From: a virus
Strand: one strand, 5' to 3'
DNA length: 64,000 nucleotides
IMG/VR virus record: IMGVR_UViG_3300044691_000371
Location: 20,827-84,826 of that record
In this document: piece by piece, positions 1 through 9,572 of the stretch
Layout: each line of letters opens with the position of its first letter
Position numbering within the stretch: position 1 is the first letter of the stretch
The notes under the pieces: generated by a model
Seen by the model: the letters and a program-made list of their open reading frames with translations, nothing else
Told to the model about the DNA's origin: nothing
The model's database searches: none
Translations under genes and position numbers: made by a program

Positions 1-323
1 AATCCTCCACTTCCAGCAAATTTTGAAGTATCAAAAAAAGTAGTTAATGAATATGAAAATTGATGCATCGTTTCAGAATTAACTGGCTTTAAACTGCTAT
101 CTGATATTGAAATAGTAGGGACATTTAAAAAAAGACTATCAACTTGTGATTTTTGATACCAATAAACAAAACCACGGTTACTACCCATGTCTGTTCTAAA
201 ATTGAATGTATCATTTGATCTTTGCAATGAATTTCCAACATTTTGCCATGATGCAATAACATATGCTCCCCATATAATTCCAGGTAAACATAATAGTATT
301 GGCAATAAATATTTCTTTTTCAT
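1..323 (-). CDS. Partial gene (runs off left edge): signal-peptide-bearing hypothetical protein MKKKYLLPILLCLPGIIWGAYVIASWQ...
   Basis: Manual translation: ATG at 323 overlaps the TGA of the upstream gene (ATGA); frame is open to base 1; basic N-terminus followed by a hydrophobic stretch. Confidence 0.7.
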   Translation of the reverse strand, partial: MKKKYLLPILLCLPGIIWGAYVIASWQNVGNSLQRSNDTFNFRTDMGSNRGFVYWYQKSQVDSLFLNVPTISISDSSLKPVNSETMHQFSYSLTTFFDTSKFAGSGG

Positions 324-1258
324 GTTACCTTAATCAAAATATTTTGTGGATCATTTGAAGCAAAACCATAAAGCCTATTTGGACTAAATGTTTGATCGAA
401 TTGATCTGTGATTGAAACTTGATTTGATGAAGCATAAATAACGACTAATCCAATTGGTAATGTTAAAGGTAGATACCAACTGCCATTACTATCTTGTAGA
501 AGATTAGTTTCATTGAAAGTAAATGTAATAGCCCCCCCGCTACCATTATTTGGCTGTGTAAACATAACTCCATTTGATATAATTGTGGTAAATATAATAT
601 CATCTTCGTTAAATTGCGTTACTTGGTCAAATGCGGTGCTATCGAAACCTATTTTAAACCCCATTATTAAACCGTCCTGATCTAAAGCGTCTGCGGCTGT
701 TATTCCGGTTAATGTAAATTGAAACCCGTAGTTATTGAATATCGTAACCATCGCTTGCGTTAACCACGATGTGCCAACTACGTACCCATTATTTGTTGAA
801 GTAAAATTTATTGCTTCGGCTACGCAAACAAAGAATGTTCCGGCTGTTAGTGGATTGCCGTCATAAACTATCGTTCCGTTTATGACTTGATATATTACCC
901 CAATCTTTAGCGTGTCGCCTGGCATAGCTACGCCTTTCCCTAAAGCACCTAATGAAAAGTGTTGTCGTATTCTATCAATAAAATTCAATAAGTCCGTAGA
1001 AAATCCTGATTGATCGTCACCATATGCGTCTGGCTCCCAATTGTATGAACCAAAATCCCATTTCCAATCGCATCTTGTAAGTCCACCTGGGTACTGCGTT
1101 GTATCTGGTGCAGCATCTAATCCTAAAAGTATAAAGTTTCCGTTATTGTCAGGAGTTTTCTTGGGCAAAAAATTAGTCTTTAATATCACTGTCGCGCCTG
1201 TACTACTTAACAAGGCTTGACATTCTTTTAAAACACTGTCTAAGATTTCTCCGATCAT
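320..1258 (-). CDS. Putative virion structural protein (tail-completion / Mu gp37-like N-terminal half)
   Basis: 312 aa ORF downstream of Mu-like morphogenesis genes; TATATTTG -7 element 4 nt before the ATG; function inferred from position only. Confidence 0.45.
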   Translation of the reverse strand: MIGEILDSVLKECQALLSSTGATVILKTNFLPKKTPDNNGNFILLGLDAAPDTTQYPGGLTRCDWKWDFGSYNWEPDAYGDDQSGFSTDLLNFIDRIRQHFSLGALGKGVAMPGDTLKIGVIYQVINGTIVYDGNPLTAGTFFVCVAEAINFTSTNNGYVVGTSWLTQAMVTIFNNYGFQFTLTGITAADALDQDGLIMGFKIGFDSTAFDQVTQFNEDDIIFTTIISNGVMFTQPNNGSGGAITFTFNETNLLQDSNGSWYLPLTLPIGLVVIYASSNQVSITDQFDQTFSPNRLYGFASNDPQNILIKVT

Positions 1259-1733
1259 TTAACAAATATAGTATTCAAAACTATATTTTTATTTATTTAA
1301 AATCGGCAATCTTTTTTAAGATAGTAATTGCCATATCCTTATCGATTTCTACAATAGGGCTTTTAGGATATAATTCAAATGAAATGCTATTGTTACGGAC
1401 TGTGAAATATAATATTTCTTCTTTTGCGTTTAAAGGCTTTTGCTCTTTGTAAATTGTTTTTACAACAACGCCGAATTTATTTTTATATAATTTTGGTATT
1501 TCAATTTCCATTATAACAAAGTTTTTTTAGGCGAATTACTATTTTCAATCAATGAACTTAACTTCCTTAATGCGTCCCATATCTTGCCTTGTTCATATAG
1601 GCTATTTATCCTGTCTCTATTGAATAAATTTATGAAGTCTGGATACTTACCTGTCTTAATTATTTCAGTTAATTCTTGGGCAGATAATGACTGTTTTAAA
1701 TTAAATGAGTTGTGCTGATTCATATTAGTGTTT

Positions 1734-2078
1734 TTAAGGACATAAACTTATTTCGTAAATTTTAAATTCTTTTATATTGCCGTTTTCATCACGATCAATA
1801 AAACCTCCTGGTTGTGCATTTACTATAAGTCCTTCTTTATGTAAAAGGTTTAAATATTTGCTTTCATCAGTTAGCTTATGAAAAATAGGCTTAAACATTA
1901 GTCCTTTGTGACTTAATTTTACTTCTGTTACTATTCCTATTGATATTTCTTTCCAATTATGATTAAGTAATAAAACTGGATTTAAATTAAACTTTTTAAA
2001 GTTAAAAGCTGATGGAGATATTACATCAGAACTATCCCATTTTATTTTAGGCAATTCTATTTTAATCTTTTTTTTCAT
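1734..2078 (-). CDS. Short HK97/Mu-type prohead protease-like protein
   Basis: NPVLLLNHN...IG and YEISLCP motifs typical of prohead proteases; only 114 aa. Confidence 0.6.
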   Translation of the reverse strand: MKKKIKIELPKIKWDSSDVISPSAFNFKKFNLNPVLLLNHNWKEISIGIVTEVKLSHKGLMFKPIFHKLTDESKYLNLLHKEGLIVNAQPGGFIDRDENGNIKEFKIYEISLCP

Positions 2079-2094
2079 AATTCAAAGTTAAATA

Positions 2095-2715
2095 TTATTT
2101 TGAAAATGCCTTCATTGCTTTTTTTGTTTCGAAATCTAATTTACGCTTAATTGCATTTATCATCTTTGGGTTAGCCCCCTGCGATTTAGTTGGTAAATAT
2201 TGACGTTTCGGCATTGACCATGAATGTTCGGCAATTGTATTTTTTTGCGCGTAATTTGCTTTTTTTGCTGTGCTAAACTTCTTATTTTTGTCGAAATGTA
2301 AAACGGCTGTTCGTTCTTTTTGATGGATAGTACCACCTTCATTATGCACTTGGGCGTAAGGCACAATTCCCAAATCAACCCCTATAAAAACATATCCGCT
2401 CGAAACAATAAATTTAATCGAATTAAAAAGGGCTAATGATTGTCTTAAAAGTGGCTTGCTTGCGCTGTAGACTGAACCTTTATAATTACTATTCCCCCCT
2501 TTTCCCCTATTAGCTGTATATGCTTTGTTTGTGGCGTTTTTTCGTTTAGGCCAAGGTGTAACTCCGTTACCTGAATCATATCCCGAGAGTAGGAAATTTT
2601 GCTTTACAATTTTCACACTTTCTACCCCAATAATATCAGGTGTCTTTTTCATTAAAGCATCCATTGCAGCTCTTGATTTCTGGAAGTCACGAATTAGCGC
2701 GTCTAAACTTTGCAT
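2095..2715 (-). CDS. Phage virion morphogenesis protein (Mu gpG / Phage_tail_S-like)
   Basis: PWPKRK, PYAQVHNEGG and MPKRQYL motifs; ATG at 2715 preceded by TATATTTG. Confidence 0.8.
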   Translation of the reverse strand: MQSLDALIRDFQKSRAAMDALMKKTPDIIGVESVKIVKQNFLLSGYDSGNGVTPWPKRKNATNKAYTANRGKGGNSNYKGSVYSASKPLLRQSLALFNSIKFIVSSGYVFIGVDLGIVPYAQVHNEGGTIHQKERTAVLHFDKNKKFSTAKKANYAQKNTIAEHSWSMPKRQYLPTKSQGANPKMINAIKRKLDFETKKAMKAFSK

Positions 2716-2748
2716 TAACAAATATAATTATTTTACTATATTTGAACT

Positions 2749-2816
2749 GTGTGATTATTACTTAGGTTTTTTATTTGAGCGGCTACTATTAGATAAAACT
2801 AAAGTAGCCGTTTTTT
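2749..2816 (+). ncRNA. Candidate trans-acting small RNA (~68 nt)
   Basis: TATATTTG -7 element at 2737-2744, U/G-rich body GTGTGATTATTACTTAGGTTTTTT, 10-bp terminator stem 2778-2787/2803-2812 and T6; opposite strand to all neighbouring genes. Confidence 0.6.
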
Positions 2817-4122
2817 ATTTCTTCAAACTTTTATAATAGTTAAATCCCCTATTTAAGTAATAAGGAAAATTAATCATAGGATGTATCATTTCGGCTGTAG
2901 CATTTTCAATATGTTTAGTCGTTAATTTTTTAGGTTCAATTACCGATACATTATGATCTATGCAATGAATTTTAACTCTATTGTAATCTTCAATTGCTGT
3001 CATTTTCATTATTCCAAAATGACCTTTAAGTAATCCATGCATACTCATACTTTCATTCAATTAAACTTTCTGGTCTATCAATATCAACGTTAAAATTTGA
3101 GTAGTCGTTTCCCTCTGCGTTTGAAATTCTCATTGGCCTTTTTGCTTTCCTCCAAAAGTCGTCACTCCATTCCTGTAAGATAACTTTTTCTTCATCTGTT
3201 ATTAGTTCATCATTGTAGACCTTTAGAAGTATGTGGTTTTGTTGTGGTGTCATTTTTAATCGTTGCTATCAAAGATATATTTTTCTGCTATCTCTAAAAC
3301 AGTTCTTACTTTTTTAAGGTCAAATTGAAATCTTGTGGTAAAACGCTATCATCTTCGCCGGTTATTGTAACATAATTTATCATTTGTGCTATTTAAAAAG
3401 TGAATTAAATTCTTGAATTGTTTTAACTGTTCCATTCATACGCTTAACAATATCACCAGTTAGGCATATTGTGAGTTTATCGGCATCCTTCTTACTTATT
3501 TCAGCGAACATTGCTTCTTTTATAAAGAGATTTACAATGCTATTATTGCCTAAAACTGTTAAATCTGCGTATGCTTTTTGTAAAATCCAACCTCTGAACT
3601 TTGTTCTTATGTCAGATAGGTAAACTGAAAATTCATGATTTTTACCTATTTTAAATTTGAATGTAGGATTTGGTAAATCTTTTTTAGGGTCAAAATCCAT
3701 TACTGTTACTTTCATCTTTTTATTCTTTTTGTATATAAATATCCATTAAACTCTTTCCAATTCTTAAACAAGCTACTTTTGAAAAAGTAGATGTATTTTT
3801 CACTGAAAATTATACGGTATTTATTCATCTCTTAAACAGCTTGCATAACCTCTATTCGAACACATTGCCTCAATAATATCATCCCTCAACCGTGCTTGAT
3901 ATTTTTCGGCTGTTTCGCCCTCACGTTGCTTTAAATCTTCGTTTCTTTCACTTGAAACAACGTGACTATTGAACAATTGCAAGACGTAATTTGCACCAAT
4001 CATGAAGCAATCGTGATCGCTCAATACTTTTCTTTCGTCGTATTGGTGCTTTTCATAAAAATCTCCTATCTGATTTTCAGCATTTAGATAGGCGTTCTTT
4101 AGGAATTTTTGATTAGTTGTCA

Positions 4123-4410
4123 TTACGCGGCGATTTTAGATTTAATAAAAGTCATTTGATTTTTTGTGAACTTATCGCCGAAAAGAAATTGTGCAAGTCC
4201 GTTTATACCGTGTTCTTTGCAAAACTTAATAGTATCTAAAACCCTACGTGTTACGGTAGCGGCTTCGCCCTCTACATGAAAGGATACGAAGTCAGGGTCA
4301 TTATCAATGATGTCATAAAGTGCTTGTGTATCGAAGTTGTTATCTATGATAACGTTTTCAGTATAGTTTTTGTAAGTGATAACTCCGATTTGTGATACTT
4401 GATTTTTCAT
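4123..4410 (-). CDS. Hypothetical protein (first gene after a conserved phage promoter)
   Basis: ATG at 4410 (MKNQVSQ...) lies downstream of promoter 4447-4477; the longer TTG start in the ORF track runs through the promoter. Confidence 0.6.
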   Translation of the reverse strand: MKNQVSQIGVITYKNYTENVIIDNNFDTQALYDIIDNDPDFVSFHVEGEAATVTRRVLDTIKFCKEHGINGLAQFLFGDKFTKNQMTFIKSKIAA

Positions 4411-4446
4411 TTTTTGATACGTTTTAGCTTGTCTTAATTGACATAT

Positions 4447-4477
4447 CAAATATACACATTGTTTTTGTATTTGCAAA
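4447..4477 (-). promoter_or_regulatory. Bacteroidota sigma-A type promoter, copy of the repeated phage promoter AAAGTTTGCAAATACAAAAAC...TAnnTTTG
   Basis: -33 TTTG (4474-4477), 19-nt spacer, -7 TATATTTG (4447-4454). Confidence 0.75.
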
Positions 4478-4495
4478 CTTTATTTCAAAATAATT

Positions 4496-4861
4496 TCACA
4501 GAACAATAACCCCTACTCTGTACTTTGAAATATTTTCGGTTGCAAAGGCATTAGTTACCTCTCCGTTTAATGTGCTGACTACATAGCCGTCTCTAATATA
4601 GTTCCTGTAAACGTCTGTTTGCTTTTTGGGGTCTTTCCAGTACGACCAACACTCTTGAGGATGCATAATAGTATCCGGTATTTTTTCGAAGTCTTTGAGG
4701 TTGTTTCGTACAGCGTGGAAACTTTTTGAGGTAAATTTTACGTTTGTTAGAAGTTTAGCACATTGAAATATTATCGTGCCTTTTATGTCGCTGTGGTATT
4801 GGTGTTGCCAAATATGGTACTCTTCGATGAAGTGGTGAAGTTTGTTTTTATTTACGCTCAT
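4496..4861 (-). CDS. PBECR2-like (phage barnase/EndoU/colicin/RelE-like) nuclease-fold protein
   Basis: IPDTIMHPQECW...YRNYI motif and position behind MuF, where this domain commonly occurs. Confidence 0.55.
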   Translation of the reverse strand: MSVNKNKLHHFIEEYHIWQHQYHSDIKGTIIFQCAKLLTNVKFTSKSFHAVRNNLKDFEKIPDTIMHPQECWSYWKDPKKQTDVYRNYIRDGYVVSTLNGEVTNAFATENISKYRVGVIVL

Positions 4862-5418
4862 GGTTTAATTATGTTTAATTTAGCAAACTCTTTATATAGT
4901 TTTAAAGCTTCTTTATTATATGCCAATGCAGCCTCTTTTTCGGTTTTGAAATATCCTATATGTTTGCCTAAAATTGATGATTCCCATGTAGGATATTCCT
5001 TAGTTATAACAGTTCCATCTTTTAATATCCATTTTGTTTTTTTCTTATTTAAGTGAACTCCTTTATATTCAGATGTTGTGTTTTTATTTGCATTTCTATT
5101 CCGATTATTTTCGCTCTTTGTTGCTGCTCTTAAATTTTCAATTCGGTCATTTAATGGATTTCTATCAATATGATCTACAAACTCTGGCATGTATCCGTGA
5201 TGATAAAGGAAAATCAATCGAGAAGTTAAATATCTTTTCCCATATATACTAACTCTGTATCTTTTAGCATTGTAATAAACACATATACATCCAAGTCTTT
5301 TGCCTATTTTAACATATGGATTTATTTTTTTCTTCCAATATAAATATCCGTCTTTATATTCAGTATATTTAAGTAATACTTGTTGTGTTAATTGAGGTTT
5401 TTCTTTTAAATTTGTCAT
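4858..5418 (-). CDS. HNH homing endonuclease with C-terminal AP2 domain
   Basis: VDHIDRNPLNDRIENLRAAT (HNH_3) and YKGV...IGYFKTEKEAALAYN (AP2). Confidence 0.9.
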   Translation of the reverse strand: MTNLKEKPQLTQQVLLKYTEYKDGYLYWKKKINPYVKIGKRLGCICVYYNAKRYRVSIYGKRYLTSRLIFLYHHGYMPEFVDHIDRNPLNDRIENLRAATKSENNRNRNANKNTTSEYKGVHLNKKKTKWILKDGTVITKEYPTWESSILGKHIGYFKTEKEAALAYNKEALKLYKEFAKLNIIKP

Positions 5419-5483
5419 ACTTTTTAAATGTTTTGCGACATAAAAGTATGAAAATCCGGCGATTATATCAAAGGATTTTTGTT

Positions 5484-6332
5484 TTAATCTATATTAAAAA
5501 TATCTCCATTCGCTTCATTTGCACTCGATAAAGCCTGAAAATAGCTATGCCCTTGACGTGGTAAAATTCCCTGATTTGCACTATTAAACCTGAATTGAGG
5601 GTCTACATGCTCTAATGATACTTTTGCTTCTTCGTTTGTTAAAACAGATTTCCCATTGTCTTCAAGGTACTGATCGTCCACTTGTTCGCTTCCGCAATCG
5701 CAATTAAATCCATTTTTTGGGTGACAATCGTCCCCTTCTGGATCTCCTATTCGATAGATATTACCAACCAATTCAAGGTGTTCGATTCTCGGATTTGCTG
5801 AATTTGTTTCTAAATATATCCAATAAGGGTATAACTCTTTATTTTCACGATATGATATAAATTGTTGACCTGTTATTGCTAATCCTATAGCCGTATCGTA
5901 TTCTATACGAAGCCATGTTTCTTGAAATATATTTACTACTTCTTTACAATCTCTTTTATATTGGCTAAACCCCTTACGAACGCCGTCTTCATTGAACAAC
6001 AATTCTTTCATCATTTTATTTTCAGCAACGCTCTTACTCGCTGAAAATTGGGTTGAGTTCAATAAATAACGCTCATATAATGAGGTATCACGAAATAAGT
6101 CGAAATCTGATTTGATTTTAGTTTCGTCTTTCAGAATATCGAAAAAGGTATTTGCATATTCTTTGAAAGTAGGCAGGTATATCCCTGTGCCTCCATCAAA
6201 TACGAATTTGGCTTCGTCATCTGATTTTTCTGAAAGCCTGTCAATTGTATGATCTATTTTGGCCTTTTGTTTCTTGGTCGGTTTCCTCGGTTTAGAATCA
6301 AGGTTGACGTATTCACTACCTAAAAAAATCAG
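5484..6332 (-). CDS. Phage Mu F-like minor head (head morphogenesis) protein; frame open ~90 codons upstream of the TTG at 6062 with no ATG/GTG/TTG
   Basis: WLRIEYDTA, PR.EHLEL.G and HPKNGFNCDC MuF motifs; manual translation shows the frame continues to the A-run at the end of the portal gene. Confidence 0.8.
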   Translation of the reverse strand: MIFLGSEYVNLDSKPRKPTKKQKAKIDHTIDRLSEKSDDEAKFVFDGGTGIYLPTFKEYANTFFDILKDETKIKSDFDLFRDTSLYERYLLNSTQFSASKSVAENKMMKELLFNEDGVRKGFSQYKRDCKEVVNIFQETWLRIEYDTAIGLAITGQQFISYRENKELYPYWIYLETNSANPRIEHLELVGNIYRIGDPEGDDCHPKNGFNCDCGSEQVDDQYLEDNGKSVLTNEEAKVSLEHVDPQFRFNSANQGILPRQGHSYFQALSSANEANGDIFNID

Positions 6333-7762
6333 TTTTTTTTTAAAGCCATCTGAAAAGTAGCATCCGGCTTTACCAATTTATCCTGCGTTGGTTGTGGCAT
6401 TGGCTCAAAGAAATCGGGCATCATTCCGTTCTGCTCAAAAAACCCTGGAGTTAACCTGTAACCGTTAGCGTTAAGGGTCGCCCCCATTACTTGAATGTCA
6501 GCTATGGTTAACTGTTTTGGCCTGTAAGCAAACCACCATTTATCTGGATTAGGAATGTTTTTATAGAACTTTGCTATTTTTATTTTAAAGCCTTTTATGT
6601 TGTTTAAAGTCGCTAATATGTAAGGCATTAATTCGGCAACCCTATCATCCAGTGTACGTTCTTCGACCTCTCCTAAAGCTCTATTACCACCTTTACCGCT
6701 TGATTGAGTTAATGAACGACCGAAAACCATTTCCTGAATTTCGCCCTTTTGTTCTTGATTAAACTCTTGATAAATTTTATGTAAACTTCCTGTCGCGCCT
6801 GTCTTTTCAAATTCTAATTCGATTGACTTTTGCATTTGCCCATCATTATCTAAAGTATATGGGTAAACTAATCCCTCTTTTGGATTAAGGTTTGAAGCTA
6901 ATGCAACTGCATCATTTTTGTAATTATTCTTTGGTTGACCGTTTGCATCTAAACTTCCGTCATCTTGTGGGTAACCGATTGTAAGGAATGGGAACGCTGT
7001 TCTCCGGCCTGCTGCAATCCAGTTGTTATTATTTTCGTTCATTTCCACATAGCTATAGGCTATAGCTTGCATCCACCCTAAAAAGTCTTCGTAATTATCA
7101 GATGGTTGAACGAATAAAAGATTGTCGTTTTCTTCAAACAATGCCCCGTCATAAAAACTGAATGTATTGGCTTTTAACATCCTATTTATCGGGTCAATCT
7201 GCTGCATTGGGTATTTGTAGCATTCTTCATTCACTGGGTCAAAGTTCAAACCGCTGAATCCCCAGAAGTACGAATAAAGAATTTCGCGCCTCATTTTTAT
7301 TTGCCACTGCTTGCTGCAAAGTTCTTCTGAAAGGTCTGGTATTTCTTCTCCGTTTTCATCAACAATGTAGAATGGTACCCTGTCCATGGCTGCACCAAGC
7401 TTTAGAAACAACGATCTTACAAATGGTGACTTCTCATATACCCAACTTGTTAAAGTCGCGTATAATTGAGTATAACCCATTTTAACGGCTTGGTCAGATG
7501 CTTCTCTCACGCGGGTTGTATCCCAAGCCACATAATATTGACTTGGGTAGACCCATGACCCTACATTTTGACCGCTTTGTTTTGGAATAAAGAAAGGGTT
7601 TACTATTGGCGAACCGCTTGCTGTTCGTGTTCCAGGCTGTACAGTACCAAAGCCACCCCCACCGGGTGCTTTACCTGTTACACCAACGCCTGTAGTATTT
7701 CCAAATGGCCCGCTGAATGGCCCCTGATTTGCTAATTTTGATGGTCTTCCCCTCTTTGCCAT
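6329..7762 (-). CDS. Portal protein (DUF935 / Mu gp29 family)
   Basis: 477 aa; EILYSYFWGFS, VFGRSLT and RALGEVEE motifs; between gp36 and MuF. Confidence 0.8.
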   Translation of the reverse strand: MAKRGRPSKLANQGPFSGPFGNTTGVGVTGKAPGGGGFGTVQPGTRTASGSPIVNPFFIPKQSGQNVGSWVYPSQYYVAWDTTRVREASDQAVKMGYTQLYATLTSWVYEKSPFVRSLFLKLGAAMDRVPFYIVDENGEEIPDLSEELCSKQWQIKMRREILYSYFWGFSGLNFDPVNEECYKYPMQQIDPINRMLKANTFSFYDGALFEENDNLLFVQPSDNYEDFLGWMQAIAYSYVEMNENNNNWIAAGRRTAFPFLTIGYPQDDGSLDANGQPKNNYKNDAVALASNLNPKEGLVYPYTLDNDGQMQKSIELEFEKTGATGSLHKIYQEFNQEQKGEIQEMVFGRSLTQSSGKGGNRALGEVEERTLDDRVAELMPYILATLNNIKGFKIKIAKFYKNIPNPDKWWFAYRPKQLTIADIQVMGATLNANGYRLTPGFFEQNGMMPDFFEPMPQPTQDKLVKPDATFQMALKKN

Positions 7763-8112
7763 TATGAATTATCCGCCTCGCTTTGCTCTTTGTAATCTTT
7801 TATTAATTCAATTAAAGCATCATTATGGAATATTATTTTAACCCCATCTTTTGTTTCAATTTGAAAATTTGAACCAACTTTTGAAGTCGTTATATCTTCT
7901 TTTCTTATGATGATTATTAAGTCCATTAGTAAATATTATCTCTACGATCTTCCCTTAATTCAATACCACAAAAATAATCACAACAGTCTTCAATCCAATA
8001 AAATGTATTTTTACCTGTAATTATATAAACTGGTATAAATAACGCTACTGATATTAAACATACTGGAATAAAACCTAAAGCTGCTAAAACTCTTAATATT
8101 CGTATTTTCATT

Positions 8113-8553
8113 TTATCCTATCGTTCTAAAATTCATTGGTACTGTAAAAGCACTCGATTCAACTTTGCAGTTTGCCTCGTATAATGGCAGATTGAAAGTC
8201 CCGTTTTGGGTTCTCATTATAATATCATCTGCCCAAATGTAGTTGTCTTTCGTAACCTCACCTATCCCGGCCATATTGCCTAAAATGTCCCTTATTGCCA
8301 GTATTGCGGTTAATTTTACAACTAATTGTTGACGTGGGCCAGAAATCATATTGAACTCTCTTTGCACATCATATTTAGTATAAAAATAGCCTATCATTTC
8401 TGAATAGGCATTATCCGCGCCTTGTTGTATCTTTTGGTTTGATACTTCCCACTGCTTAATTAGTGTTTGATAACTGGCATATTGTGCAAGGTCATACCCC
8501 TGCAAGTATCCCAAATTAAGTGCATCGAATTGAGCGTTAGTTAAAGTTGCCAT
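8113..8553 (-). CDS. Mu gp36 / DUF1320-like head-tail adaptor
   Basis: AYSEMIGY...KYDV..EF pattern, 146 aa, between TerL and portal. Confidence 0.7.
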   Translation of the reverse strand: MATLTNAQFDALNLGYLQGYDLAQYASYQTLIKQWEVSNQKIQQGADNAYSEMIGYFYTKYDVQREFNMISGPRQQLVVKLTAILAIRDILGNMAGIGEVTKDNYIWADDIIMRTQNGTFNLPLYEANCKVESSAFTVPMNFRTIG

Positions 8554-8882
8554 TAGTTCGCTGAAATTACTTTTGAAAATATCTTAAAAATGCCTTTAAT
8601 GTTTCCATCGTACTCAATCCTATAATTGTTAAGTGCAATTCCTTTTATCCTTATCGGTTGATTTGATGGGGTTAATTCTATCATCAATTTGCAATTATAT
8701 TCGATTTATAACAAAAAACTTTTTTATTGAAACAGTAGTTGAAGTCAACAAATGCATGAAACCATGTAAAATTAAATTCATTGATGTTCATACACTTTTC
8801 CGCTCTCAATTCGATCATTTCAATAATACTTTTTTATTGCGCAATAAAAATAGGTAATATTAATTTAATTTTTCATTTAAAT

Positions 8883-8910
8883 AAAAAAGCCTCAATTATT
8901 AGAGGCTTTT
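8883..8910. terminator. Bidirectional intrinsic terminator
   Basis: AAAAAAGCCTC-aattatta-GAGGCTTTT inverted repeat with A/T tails. Confidence 0.75.
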
Positions 8911-8934
8911 AATTTATTAAAATTCTGTTCGGTG

Positions 8935-9555
8935 TTATTTTATTTCTTTTGCTTCTTCAACCGCTAATTTAACAATTTCACGGCTTTCAAATTCATTAAT
9001 ACCCATTAACATTTCATATATAGCAATTTTTATTTTGACATTATATCCTTTCGCTATCTCTAAAAATAATAATAAATGAACAAATGTGCTTTTTTGTCCT
9101 AAAGTATTTGAAATAACTTCACCGTATTTTTTCTTTAACTCATCAATAAAACATAAATTTTCACTTGTGTTTAAAGCTATAGGTATCGATGTTTTAAAAT
9201 TTGAATTGACTTCATTCAAAAGTTTATTTATTGCATTTAACTCTATAAAATAATTTGATTTTATAACTTCAAATGTTTTTCCTAATATTTTAAATTTATA
9301 TGTCAAATTGTTTATTCCTATTGAATAATCAGCTATTAATTTCAAATCATTTTCAGTTAATATAAACCATTCGCCTGCAATATGAGATTTAAAAAAGCAA
9401 TTATGAAGTATAGCTTCGCAATCCTTATCAATAATTAATAAAATTTTACAATCACCTTTAATTTGATCTATTTGTAAAAGTCTTTTATATGGATTTTTTG
9501 AACGCCCAATTTTAATTAATCCAGTTCTGTTGTTTTTAATTATGTATGTTTTCAT
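8935..9555 (-). CDS. T5orf172/MUG113 GIY-YIG-like domain protein with KilA-N-like C-terminus
   Basis: YIIKN...IKIGRSKNPYKRL...EAILH...GEWF; C-terminal TFVHLLLFLEIA. Confidence 0.75.
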   Translation of the reverse strand: MKTYIIKNNRTGLIKIGRSKNPYKRLLQIDQIKGDCKILLIIDKDCEAILHNCFFKSHIAGEWFILTENDLKLIADYSIGINNLTYKFKILGKTFEVIKSNYFIELNAINKLLNEVNSNFKTSIPIALNTSENLCFIDELKKKYGEVISNTLGQKSTFVHLLLFLEIAKGYNVKIKIAIYEMLMGINEFESREIVKLAVEEAKEIK

Positions 9556-9572
9556 TTTACTAAGTTTATTTA

